Positions 8,805-18,445 of a stretch of 64,000 bases of DNA are shown here, piece by piece. The stretch spans positions 9,775 to 73,774 of the forward strand of contig JAFIFN010000001.1 in the NCBI GenBank assembly GCA_020832005.1. Reading direction: 5' to 3'. A program made the position numbers and the translations under genes. The notes under the pieces were generated by a model. That model had not been told where the DNA came from. It saw only the letters and a program-made list of their open reading frames with translations, and did no database searches. The stretch's first letter is position 1. Each line of letters opens with the position of its first letter. The stretch is from Gammaproteobacteria bacterium (lineage in GTDB: Bacteria; Pseudomonadota; Gammaproteobacteria; Steroidobacterales; PWYM01).

Positions 8805-10198
8805 TCCCTGGACTCCTGTGTGGGTGTTGCGCCGGGCTCGCCAAGCAGGCGGGCCAGTGCGTGCATGCTTTCGTGCACGCCGACCGCCTCCTCGGGCAGC
8901 TGCGTCAGGAACGCTTCCATGCGCGGATGAAGCTCGATAGCCTGATCGACCGCGGCATCAGTGCCACGTCGGTAGGCGCCCACTGTGATCAGATCGCGAT
9001 GCTGCTCGTAGCAGGCGGTGATGCGCCGAAAGCTTTGCGCAAGTTCGCGCTGCGCCGGGCTGACCATGGCATTCATGACACGGCTGATGGAGGCCTCGAC
9101 GTCGATGGCCGGGTAGCGGCCACGCTCGGCAATGCGCCGCGACAGGACGATATGGCCATCCAGCACCGCACGTGCGGCATCGGCGACCGGGTCCTGAACA
9201 TCATCGCCTTCCGCCAGAACCGTATAGATGCCGGTGATCGAGCCGCCCGTATTGGAGTTGCCGGCGCGTTCGAGCAACTGCGGGAGTTTTGCAAATACCG
9301 ACGGCGTGTAGCCACGGGTCACCGGCGGCTCGCCGATGGCCAGGCCGATCTCGCGCTGCGCCTGCGCGTAACGGGTCAGGGAGTCCATCAGCAACAGCAC
9401 ATGGCGACCCTGTTCGCGAAAATACTCGGCGATCGCGGTGGCCGACTGTGCCCCCTGCAGGCGCATCAGGGGCGGCGCATCCGCGGGGGCGACAACGACC
9501 ACCGCGCGGGCAAGGCCGTCGGGCCCGAGTATTTCGTGGATGAACTCGTTGACCTCGCGGCCACGCTCGCCAATCAGGCCGACAACGATGACGTCGGCAG
9601 CCGTATGCCGCGCCATCATCCCCAGCAGCACGCTCTTGCCCACACCACTGCCGGCGAACAGGCCCATGCGCTGACCACGGCCGATGGCAAGCAGCGAATT
9701 GATGCTGCGCACGCCAACGTCCAGAATCTGACGGACCGGCTCACGCTGCAGCGGATTGATGGTGCGCCCCGACAGCGGCATGCGCTCGCGACAGCGCGGT
9801 GAGGGCGCCGAATCCAGTGGCTGGCCGGTCGGGTCGATCACCCGGCCGAGCAGCATGTCGCCGACCGGCATCTGCCGGGCACGCGACACCGGGCGCACGC
9901 GCGCCTGCGGCGTCAGCCCGCCGATCTGGCCGACGGGCATCAGGAACATCCGGTCACCAGCGAATCCCACCGCCTCGGCCAGAACAGGCTCGTGGCCACG
10001 ACCCAGGATGCGGCAGCGGCCGCCCACCGGCATCTCGCAGCCTACGGCCTCCAGGGTCATCCCGACCATGCGTACCAGGCGACCCTCGGCGACCAGGTTC
10101 AGCTCCTGTGTCGCGGCCTCCTGCCAGCCACCGATACGCGAGCGAAGCATACTGCGGCGGCGCTGCGTCACTGCGGTTTCAGTCACCGGCACGATCAT
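8801..10198 (-). CDS. fliI: Flagellum-specific ATPase FliI
   Basis: Walker A GSGVGKS, Walker B VLLLMDSLTR, F1/T3SS ATPase fold. The ORF track starts at 10249. ATG 10198 (MIVPVTE) has a better upstream GGGA and a shorter overlap with fliH, so the start is uncertain by ~17 codons. Confidence 0.93.
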   Translation of the reverse strand: MIVPVTETAVTQRRRSMLRSRIGGWQEAATQELNLVAEGRLVRMVGMTLEAVGCEMPVGGRCRILGRGHEPVLAEAVGFAGDRMFLMPVGQIGGLTPQARVRPVSRARQMPVGDMLLGRVIDPTGQPLDSAPSPRCRERMPLSGRTINPLQREPVRQILDVGVRSINSLLAIGRGQRMGLFAGSGVGKSVLLGMMARHTAADVIVVGLIGERGREVNEFIHEILGPDGLARAVVVVAPADAPPLMRLQGAQSATAIAEYFREQGRHVLLLMDSLTRYAQAQREIGLAIGEPPVTRGYTPSVFAKLPQLLERAGNSNTGGSITGIYTVLAEGDDVQDPVADAARAVLDGHIVLSRRIAERGRYPAIDVEASISRVMNAMVSPAQRELAQSFRRITACYEQHRDLITVGAYRRGTDAAVDQAIELHPRMEAFLTQLPEEAVGVHESMHALARLLGEPGATPTQESRE

Positions 10199-10877
10199 CG
10201 TCCCGCGGTACCGCATGCACATACTCCGGCCCGTCGACGCGTTCGTCACCGAGCAGGCGCGCGGCGATGGCCGTCATGCGTGTCTCCACACTGGCATCCA
10301 CCAGCGAGACATCGGTTTCGACCCGCGTGCCGCCCCGGCTGAGAGTGAGGTCGTCGTGCAGACGAATGGTCCGCTCCAGGGTCTCTGCAGGCAGCGCCTC
10401 GCGGACCAGGCGTACATCCTCGGGATGCAGATGGATATGGACGCGGGTTTCCGACATCGGCAGGGCGGCCATGGCCTCGCGCACGACGCGTACGATCTCA
10501 CCGGGCTCGCGCGACAGCTCCCGGCGGACGAACTGGCGTGCAATGACCAAGACGAGCTCACCGAGTTGCTCAAGCAGCGGCTCATCCAGCACGCCTGCCA
10601 GCGGATCTATGCTCTCCAGCAGGTCTTCGAGTCGCTGAGCCGCATCATTCATCTGCAGCCGTCCTGCGGCGCGACCTTCCTCCAGACCCCGACGGTAACC
10701 TTCTTCATGGGCCTGTGCTTCAATATCGCCGATGCGCTCGGCCGTCAGTGGCATGGAGAGCACCCCGGGCTGAGAGCCTGCGGACATGCCGGACATGTCA
10801 GGAGCATGCCAACGCCGCACCGTTGTGCCTTGCGCCGGAGCAGCGCCTGTCATGGTCTGTGATTCAGACGAAGTCAT
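10179..10877 (-). CDS. fliH: Flagellar assembly protein FliH
   Basis: 232 aa. Central EAQAHEEGYRRGLEEGRAAG repeat-like helix and a C-terminal FliH domain. Lies between fliG and fliI. Confidence 0.85.
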   Translation of the reverse strand: MTSSESQTMTGAAPAQGTTVRRWHAPDMSGMSAGSQPGVLSMPLTAERIGDIEAQAHEEGYRRGLEEGRAAGRLQMNDAAQRLEDLLESIDPLAGVLDEPLLEQLGELVLVIARQFVRRELSREPGEIVRVVREAMAALPMSETRVHIHLHPEDVRLVREALPAETLERTIRLHDDLTLSRGGTRVETDVSLVDASVETRMTAIAARLLGDERVDGPEYVHAVPRDDDRAGD

Positions 10878-11889
10878 CGCCGCCCTTGCCTCCTACCGCG
10901 ATCTCGCCTTCCTCTGACAGGCGTCTGACGATGCCCAGAATCTCCTTCTGTGCTGCCTCGACCTCCGAGACGCGGGTGGGGCCGCGCATCTCGAGGTCCT
11001 CCTGCAGACTTTCCGCGGCGCGCTTGGACATGTTGCGCAGGATCAGAGCCTTGATCTCCGCCGTGGCCCCCTTCAACGCAATCACCAGTTGATCGCTGGA
11101 GACCTCACGCAGCAGTCGCTGGATGCTGCGGTCATCGAGATCCAGCAGGTTTTCGAAGGTAAACATCAATTCCTGGATTCGCCCGCCGAGACTCTCGTCA
11201 GAGGCCTTGATGCTGTCGATAATGGCGGCCTCGGCCGAGGAATCCATCAGGTTGAGAATGTCCGCGGCACGCTTGAGGCCACCCACGACGCTGGTCTTGG
11301 ACGCAGAAGTGCCCGAGAACTGACGTTCGAGAATCTGGTCAAGTTCCTGCAACGCACTGGGATGAATGCTCTCCAGCGATGCGATCCGCATGATCACATC
11401 GCTGCGTATACGATCAGGGAGAAACCCCAATACTTCAGCCCCGTGATCACTGTCCAGATAGGACACGACAATAGCCATGATCTGCGGATGTTCATCGCGG
11501 ATCATGTCTGCCACCGCGCGGCCGTCCATCCACTTCAGCGATTCAAGACCACTGGAGTTACCGCCGACGAGGATGCGGTCGATCAGACTTCGCGCCCGGT
11601 CCTCTCCGAGTGCCTGATTCAGCACCTTTCGCAGGTATTCATCACTTCCCACACCGATCGGCGTCTGATCCTCCACCACCGCGGTGAACTCGGCCACCAC
11701 ACGCGAGAGCTGCGTACGACTGATTGCCGGCATCGCGGCCATCGCCGTACCGATACTCTGTACTTCCTTCGGGCCCAAGTGTTTGAGCACCGCCGAGGCA
11801 GTATCTTCGCCCAGGGTCATCAGGAAGATCGCAGCGCGATCCACGCCACTGATGACCGCCTGACCTGATGATTGCGCTTTACTTGCCAT
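10864..11889 (-). CDS. fliG: Flagellar motor switch protein FliG
   Basis: 341 aa. GVDRAAIFLMTLGEDTASAVLKHLGPKEVQ and C-terminal RLLREVSSDQLVIALKGA...RNMSKRAAESLQEDLE torque-helix region. Confidence 0.95.
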   Translation of the reverse strand: MASKAQSSGQAVISGVDRAAIFLMTLGEDTASAVLKHLGPKEVQSIGTAMAAMPAISRTQLSRVVAEFTAVVEDQTPIGVGSDEYLRKVLNQALGEDRARSLIDRILVGGNSSGLESLKWMDGRAVADMIRDEHPQIMAIVVSYLDSDHGAEVLGFLPDRIRSDVIMRIASLESIHPSALQELDQILERQFSGTSASKTSVVGGLKRAADILNLMDSSAEAAIIDSIKASDESLGGRIQELMFTFENLLDLDDRSIQRLLREVSSDQLVIALKGATAEIKALILRNMSKRAAESLQEDLEMRGPTRVSEVEAAQKEILGIVRRLSEEGEIAVGGKGGDDFV

Positions 11890-13558
11890 CCTGGTTCATC
11901 CATGTGCGTACGACCTGGGCCACCAGCCGCGGATCATCCGTGGCCACCTTTCGTACCCTGTTGAGTTCATCATCCAGCGAGCCACCGGCGCCTCCACGGT
12001 CAGACAGGCTCTGAAACTCATCCCCGGGCTGACCAAGCTGACCGGCTGCCCGGGCGCTCCCTGGCGGCTCCGGCAATCCGGGCGCGCCGCCCGCCATCGC
12101 AGGCATGGCTCGACCGGGCGCCGGCGCAGGAAGCTGCACGAGTTGTCGCAGCGTGGGCCGCAGCACCAGCAGGATCAGCAGCAACAGTCCCAGTGCAGCC
12201 ATGCCCTGGCGGGCGAGATCACGGATCCAGGGCTCCTCCCACAGGGGACGTGCTTCCAGCGCCTCGGGCTCGGCCACTTCACGAAACGAGGCATTGACGA
12301 CATTGATTCGGTCGCCGCGCGCCTCATTGAAGCCAACAGCCTCGCCGACCAGCGACTGCAGATAGGCCATTTCAGCCGCATCCCGGGGCAGACGCAGGCG
12401 TTCGCCACCCTCACCGCGGCCGATCCGGTCATCGACAACCACTGCAACAGAGATCCGTGACAGCGTGGCGGGTGCCTGGCGGATATGGCTGACCTCGCGG
12501 TCGACCTCGAAGTTTCGGGTGCTGCGCGAACTGCGTGAGGCCGGGTCGCCGGTGCGCTGTTCGTCGTTCATCAATCCCTGTGCCGGCATCACCACCGTGG
12601 CGGCACCAGGCGGCTGATTGGTCAGCGCTCCGGGCACACCCCCGGTTACCGGATTGCGACTCTCCTCCTCGCTGGTCTGCTCGCTGCGAAGCACGATGCG
12701 CTCAGGATCGAAGCTCTCGCGAGTGCTTTCGATCTGGGTAAAGTCGATGTCGGCGGTCACCTGCACGCGCATGCCGTCAGGCCCGACCAGCGGCGCGAGA
12801 ATATCCTCGATGCGCTCCCGATAGGCATCCTCAAGGCGACGGGTGTAGTCCAGGTGCTGCGCGGTCAGCCCTCCGGCTGCCGCACCGGCCATCTGGCTGA
12901 GCAACTGCCCACGCTGGTCGATGACAGTGACACGCTCGGCTTCGAGCTCAGGGACACTGGAAGCGACCAGGTGCACGATACCGGCGACCTGGGCGTCATC
13001 GAGCATGCGCCCGGGATGCAGGTGAACGATGACCGAGGCGCCCGGCTTGATGCGGTCGCGGACGAATACGGACTGTCGTGGCAGCGCCAGGTGTACGCGT
13101 GCCCGCTCAACGCTGTTCAGCGTCGTCACCGAGCGCGCAATCTCGCCTTCCAGCGCCCGCTGGTAGCGGGCCGTCTCGACCATCCGGCTGGTGCCGATGC
13201 CACTGTCCTGGTCGAGCAACTCGAAACCCACGCCATCGGCGCGCGGCAAGCCCTCTGTGGCCAGGTTCAGGCGCGCCTCGGCAACGCGTGTGGCCGGCAC
13301 CATCAGGGCACCACTGCGCGCATCGAGTCGATGCGGAATATTCTGCCGACTGAGCACCGTCACGGCCTGGGCGATGTCGCGCTCAGCCGCACCAGACAGC
13401 AGCACCTGGTAGCCGGGCCGCAGCCCCCACATCACCACGGTGACCGCAAGGGCAAGCACCACGGCCAGACCGAGCACCGTGCCGAACTGGCGTTGTGCCG
13501 GCAGTCGACCCAGGCCTGCAAACTGTTTACTGATCGTCCGGGGCAGATTGTCCGCCAT
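11879..13558 (-). CDS. fliF: Flagellar MS-ring protein FliF
   Basis: 559 aa. N-terminal TM, YscJ/FliF ring-building motifs (LATEGLPR..GFELLD) and a second TM near the C-terminus. Confidence 0.95.
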   Translation of the reverse strand: MADNLPRTISKQFAGLGRLPAQRQFGTVLGLAVVLALAVTVVMWGLRPGYQVLLSGAAERDIAQAVTVLSRQNIPHRLDARSGALMVPATRVAEARLNLATEGLPRADGVGFELLDQDSGIGTSRMVETARYQRALEGEIARSVTTLNSVERARVHLALPRQSVFVRDRIKPGASVIVHLHPGRMLDDAQVAGIVHLVASSVPELEAERVTVIDQRGQLLSQMAGAAAGGLTAQHLDYTRRLEDAYRERIEDILAPLVGPDGMRVQVTADIDFTQIESTRESFDPERIVLRSEQTSEEESRNPVTGGVPGALTNQPPGAATVVMPAQGLMNDEQRTGDPASRSSRSTRNFEVDREVSHIRQAPATLSRISVAVVVDDRIGRGEGGERLRLPRDAAEMAYLQSLVGEAVGFNEARGDRINVVNASFREVAEPEALEARPLWEEPWIRDLARQGMAALGLLLLILLVLRPTLRQLVQLPAPAPGRAMPAMAGGAPGLPEPPGSARAAGQLGQPGDEFQSLSDRGGAGGSLDDELNRVRKVATDDPRLVAQVVRTWMNQDGK

Positions 13559-13604
13559 CTCAGGAAGCTTCCTTGTCAGCGTGTTTCAGGGCAGTGCAGG
13601 TCCA

Positions 13605-13925
13605 TCAGACCTGCATGTTCATGATTTCCTGGTAAGCCGCGACCAGGCGATTTCGCACCTGTGTCACCGCTTCGAACTGCAGACTGGATTTCTGCATCGC
13701 CACCATGACATCGGGCAGGCTGACCTGGGCATCGCCGGCCACGAAGCGGGTTGTCAGCTCGCCCGAGTGCTGTTGCGCCGCATTGACCTGGTCGAGCGAC
13801 TGCTTGAGCAGGGTTGCGAACTCCGCACCCTGGGCCGCACCACTCGCGGCGGCCGGGCCTTCACCGGCACGCGCGGACAGCGCGCGCATCTGAGCCAGTA
13901 CCTGCTGTATCTGCATGTCACTCAT
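13605..13925 (-). CDS. fliE: Flagellar hook-basal body complex protein FliE
   Basis: 106 aa. C-terminal [37 protein letters not shown]. The start ATG overlaps the stop of the upstream activator gene (ATGA). Confidence 0.93.
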   Translation of the reverse strand: MSDMQIQQVLAQMRALSARAGEGPAAASGAAQGAEFATLLKQSLDQVNAAQQHSGELTTRFVAGDAQVSLPDVMVAMQKSSLQFEAVTQVRNRLVAAYQEIMNMQV

Positions 13926-14914
13926 GGCAGTGCCACTCCCATGTCACGTAGCCGCGCCATCTTGTAGCGCAAGGTGCGTGGGCTGATGCCCAGCCGGTCG
14001 GCCGCGGGCTTGCGGCGACCCTCTTCAGCGCGCAGCGCCGCGCGAATCAACTCGCCTTCCGACACCCGCAGCGAGGCCTCAAGATCCAGCGCCTCACCGT
14101 CATCGCCGACGCCCGCGAGCTGCTGCGTCTCGCCGCCATCGATGCGCAGATCGGCCGGCTCAATGACGCCACCGGTGTGGAGGATCAGCGCCCGCTGCAT
14201 GACGTTTTCCAGTTCCCGGACGTTGCCCGGCCAGTCATGCCGACGCAGGTAGTCACAGGCTGCCGTGCTGAGTGCGGGCACCTTGCGATCGGCCGCATGA
14301 CGCTGCAGCAGATGCGCGGCCAGCGCGATGATGTCATCCGGACGGTCCCGCAACGCCGGGACCCGCAGGGGGAACACATTCAACCGGTAGTAGAGGTCCT
14401 CACGCAGCACCCCTTCGCCGACGGCCTCGCGCAGCTGGCGATTCGACGTGGCAATGACGCGTACGTCCACACGCCGGGCACTGGCGGCTCCCAGGCGCTC
14501 GACTTCGCGCTCCTGGAGCACGCGCAGCAGCTTGGCCTGCAGGGTAATCGGCATCTCGGTGATCTCATCGAGCAGCAGCGAGCCGCCGCTGGCCTGCTCG
14601 AACTTGCCGGCACGCGCATCGCTTGCCCCGGTGAAAGCACCCTTTTCATGACCGAACAAGGTCGCTTCGAGCATGGGCTCGGGGATCGCCGCACAGTTGA
14701 CGGCGATGAAGGGCCCGGACTTGCGGCTCGAGGCGGCATGGATGAAGCGCGCGTAGACTTCCTTGCCCACGCCGGATTCGCCCGTAAGCATGACGGTCAC
14801 ATCGGCCGCCGCGACGCGCTCGGCCAGCGCGAACATCTCGCGACTGCGTGCGTCCAGGGCGATCGGGAGATCACGATGGCCACCAGGGCTCGCCAGCTTG
14901 TCGGCTTCGGTCAT
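13922..14914 (-). CDS. sigma54-dependent transcriptional activator without a receiver or other N-terminal regulatory domain (FleT-like); AAA+ core plus Fis-type HTH
   Basis: 330 aa. Only ~25 residues precede the AAA+ core (Walker [15 protein letters not shown] sigma54-contact loop, Walker B LLLDEI). C-terminal [22 protein letters not shown]. Own sigma54 promoter upstream. Translationally coupled to fliE. Confidence 0.85.
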   Translation of the reverse strand: MTEADKLASPGGHRDLPIALDARSREMFALAERVAAADVTVMLTGESGVGKEVYARFIHAASSRKSGPFIAVNCAAIPEPMLEATLFGHEKGAFTGASDARAGKFEQASGGSLLLDEITEMPITLQAKLLRVLQEREVERLGAASARRVDVRVIATSNRQLREAVGEGVLREDLYYRLNVFPLRVPALRDRPDDIIALAAHLLQRHAADRKVPALSTAACDYLRRHDWPGNVRELENVMQRALILHTGGVIEPADLRIDGGETQQLAGVGDDGEALDLEASLRVSEGELIRAALRAEEGRRKPAADRLGISPRTLRYKMARLRDMGVALP

Positions 14915-14962
14915 GCGTCCGAACTCCTGCGGGTCGGTATGAAGGACTGTCGCAGGAGTAAA

Positions 14963-14978
14963 AGCAAAACCCGTGCCA
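14963..14978 (-). promoter_or_regulatory. sigma54 -24/-12 promoter of the activator-fliEFGHIJ operon: TGGCAC-gggtt-TTGCT
   Basis: Reverse complement of agcaaaacccgtgcca, ~50 nt upstream of ATG 14914. An AT-rich block (14981-15030) lies just upstream and contains an IHF-like AATCAGTAAATAA. Confidence 0.8.
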
Positions 14979-15077
14979 TAGCACGTTATTTACTGATTAA
15001 TATGGGAATTTCTTATTTTCCGCGCGGCCAGGACGTTGTGGCCGTCAAGCTTCTGACGCGCAGACGGAGCAGGATGT

Positions 15078-16598
<1,521 letters not shown>

Positions 16599-16711
16599 GC
16601 TGCCCCATCCCTGAAAGCTCGCCGACCCCGTCCCTAACGAGCCGCAGTGTCCCCCATATGCGACAGTAACTTCAATAGGGAGGACCCGCAATGTCGCAGG
16701 GGGAAACCCTT

Positions 16712-16727
16712 CGCAGGTCCATTGCCA
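16712..16727 (-). promoter_or_regulatory. Weak sigma54-like element upstream of fleQ: TGGCAA-tggac-CTGCG
   Basis: Reverse complement of cgcaggtccattgcca. GG-N10-GC spacing is right but both hexamers are degenerate. fleQ/flrA are usually sigma70-driven in other genera. Confidence 0.3.
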
Positions 16728-16737
16728 TGGTTGTAAC

Positions 16738-17331
16738 TCAGCGTGTGGTACGGCTGTGCGCCACGGCGCGTCGATGACGTCGAAACACCAGCTTGTCCAG
16801 CCAGTCCCGCGACCCGGTCGACAACCCTTCCAGGCGCGCGCAGGCGCGCCAGCCGTCGCGACGCGCCTCTGCGCTGGTCACCCGTCCGTGCAGCGTCAGT
16901 GGCACCGGCCAGGCCGGCAGTGCGAAAATCTCGAATTCCAGCAGCGCGCCCTGCGACACCGGCCCGGCGTCATCCCAGCACAGCCCCCGGGCGTTGAGAC
17001 GCATTGAATGAGGGCGTATGGGTTCGGCCTGGCGTTCACGCATCAGCTCGGTCAACAGTTCAAGCACCAGGTTGAGCTTGCCCTCGATGCGGTGCAGCTC
17101 GGCACGTTCCGCGGCATCGGACTGTGTCTGATCCTGTTCTTCGAGCATCGCAATCGAGCGCAACACGGTCTCGTTGCGGGCATTGATCCTTGCCAGCAGC
17201 ACCTCACCGGGCAATGCCTCCACCCGGCGCCAGCGCAACCCCAGTTCATCGTCGCAGAATACGCGTTCACCGAGCACGTCGATCTCGCCAGGAGGCAGGA
17301 TGCGATAGAGCCCGGACATCGATTCGCTCAT
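16738..17331 (-). CDS. PilZ-like (atypical PilZ) domain protein, putative c-di-GMP receptor
   Basis: 197 aa. A long central helix (LRSIAMLEEQDQTQSDAAERAELHRIEGKLNLVLELLTELMRERQ) is followed by a small beta-rich domain with SMRLNARGLCW resembling the PilZ xxSxxG strand. No canonical RxxxR. Assigned by resemblance only. Confidence 0.45.
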   Translation of the reverse strand: MSESMSGLYRILPPGEIDVLGERVFCDDELGLRWRRVEALPGEVLLARINARNETVLRSIAMLEEQDQTQSDAAERAELHRIEGKLNLVLELLTELMRERQAEPIRPHSMRLNARGLCWDDAGPVSQGALLEFEIFALPAWPVPLTLHGRVTSAEARRDGWRACARLEGLSTGSRDWLDKLVFRRHRRAVAHSRTTR

Positions 17332-17334
17332 GGC

Positions 17335-17718
17335 CTATGACCCCCCTGCGGCATTCAGGTAGTGTCCAGCAGCACTGTGGCCCTGCAGGGCCAATGCAAG
17401 CTCGGTGGCCGTCTGGTCGCGGGCGATGGTCAGGGCCTCAAGCACGGCGGCATGGCGCTCGGCGACCTGATTCAGCCGCGCAACCATCGTCGCGCGACGC
17501 CCGGGATGATTGGCTGAGACGTCGCGTGCCACGTGTTCCAAGGCGGCCAGGCTGCCATGCAGCTGGTCGGCCAGCGCCGGCAGGCCCTCCCACGCCTGTT
17601 CATCCACCCCACGCTGCATTGCCATCACCAGGCCTTCGGCCCGGGCCAGCAGATGCTCGGGAACTGCCTCATCGCTCGGGCCCGAAGCGCCGGATGAAGC
17701 CGCTGTGGACATCGTCAT
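17335..17718 (-). CDS. fliT: Flagellar chaperone FliT-like protein
   Basis: 127 aa, helical. Contains AMQRGVDEQAWEGLPALADQL (the A..gdWd.l pattern of FliT) and a C-terminal ...HYL. Sits downstream of fliS as in Pseudomonas-type clusters. Confidence 0.6.
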   Translation of the reverse strand: MTMSTAASSGASGPSDEAVPEHLLARAEGLVMAMQRGVDEQAWEGLPALADQLHGSLAALEHVARDVSANHPGRRATMVARLNQVAERHAAVLEALTIARDQTATELALALQGHSAAGHYLNAAGGS

Positions 17719-17804
17719 GATTCATACCCCTCGACGGTTCGCACGGCGCATGGCGTCAGAAATCCGTCACACCACCGGCGTCATTACAGTCTCGAGAGGT
17801 ATTA

Positions 17805-17820
17805 AGCAAAATTCGTGCCA
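17805..17820 (-). promoter_or_regulatory. sigma54 -24/-12 promoter of the fliT-PilZ-like operon: TGGCAC-gaatt-TTGCT
   Basis: Reverse complement of agcaaaattcgtgcca, in the fliS-fliT gap ~85 nt upstream of ATG 17718. Confidence 0.8.
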
Positions 17821-17833
17821 GATACAGGGCCGT

Positions 17834-17863
17834 AAAAAAACGCGTGTCAGCTGAATCAGCGCG
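17834..17863 (-). terminator. Possible fliS terminator (imperfect hairpin followed by U7)
   Basis: Minus-strand RNA CGCGCUGAUUCAGCUGACACGCG followed by UUUUUUU. The stem is interrupted (4 bp + 4 bp). A run of 7 T is rare in this GC-rich DNA. Overlaps the fliS stop codon. Confidence 0.3.
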
Positions 17864-18299
17864 CAGCCGCCGCGCTGATGCCTGTGCCCGGCACAGCCCC
17901 GCCCGCGATCACCTGTCCGAGTTCCCGCCAGCCGGTCTGCAGTTCGCGCAACAGACTCGCCACTTCATCAAGAATACCGATGTCATTGTGCAGGTTGGCC
18001 GCCAGCAGTCGACGGCCCATGTAGTCGTAGAGCGCCAGCAGGTTTTCGGCTATTTCGCCCCCGCCCGCCGTATCCAGACTGACACGTAGCCCCTCGACCA
18101 GGCCGATGGCTTTACCGATGAGCTCACCCTTGCGGGCGGTCTCCCCGGCCTCGATGGCACCGCGAGCGGCCGCGACGCGCGCCACGGCACCGTCAAGCAT
18201 CATCTGGATCATCTGATGCGGCGAGGCACCACTGACCTGGGCGGCAACGCCGACCTGCTCGTATTGGGTGATGGCCCGATGACTGCCGTTGCCGTACAT
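17856..18299 (-). CDS. fliS: Flagellin-specific chaperone FliS
   Basis: Start at ATG 18299 (MYGNGSHRAITQYEQV; GGAGA RBS). MIQMMLDGAVARVAAARGAIE...LYDYMGRRLLAANL is the FliS four-helix pattern. The ORF track 5' extension to 18386 is rejected. Confidence 0.92.
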   Translation of the reverse strand: MYGNGSHRAITQYEQVGVAAQVSGASPHQMIQMMLDGAVARVAAARGAIEAGETARKGELIGKAIGLVEGLRVSLDTAGGGEIAENLLALYDYMGRRLLAANLHNDIGILDEVASLLRELQTGWRELGQVIAGGAVPGTGISAAAAR

Positions 18300-18352
18300 G
18301 GTGGTTCTCCGTGACTCGTTGACGTTGCGCGATGCCCCGCCGGATATAGGGA

Positions 18353-18379
18353 ATATCGGCAACAAGCAGGGAAAACTGA
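18353..18379 (-). promoter_or_regulatory. Possible sigma28 (FliA) promoter for fliS: TCAGTTT-N12-GCCGATAT
   Basis: Reverse complement of atatcggc-N15-ctga. The -10 is perfect. The -35 deviates by 2 positions from the TCAAGTT seen at the other six sites. Confidence 0.4.
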
Positions 18380-18398
18380 AGGGCAAGAGGCAACTTGG

Positions 18399-18422
18399 CA
18401 GGCAAAAAGCGTCAATTGCCTG
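18399..18422 (-). terminator. Stem-loop after fliD (CAGGCAA-N10-UUGCCUG)
   Basis: 7-bp perfect stem 24 nt after the fliD stop, located between fliD and the putative fliS promoter. No U-tract. Confidence 0.35.
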
Positions 18423-18445
18423 TCGCCACCGGGCGTAGGGCGAAC

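Noticed and set aside
8276-9802. 508-aa plus-strand ORF
   Set aside because: Antisense to fliJ and fliI (Walker-motif ATPase on the minus strand). Arg/Ala/Gly/His-rich with no recognisable domain.
16599-16691. 5' extensions of ORF-track genes: fleQ to 16691, fliS to 18386, flaG to 20282, fliC to 21551, flgB to 34003, fliK to 8452, comEC to 49508, nagZ to 61546
   Set aside because: The extensions lack family similarity and are Pro/Arg/Cys-rich. They would run through mapped promoters or the upstream gene. Each has an internal ATG with a good Shine-Dalgarno sequence at the point where family-conserved N-termini begin.
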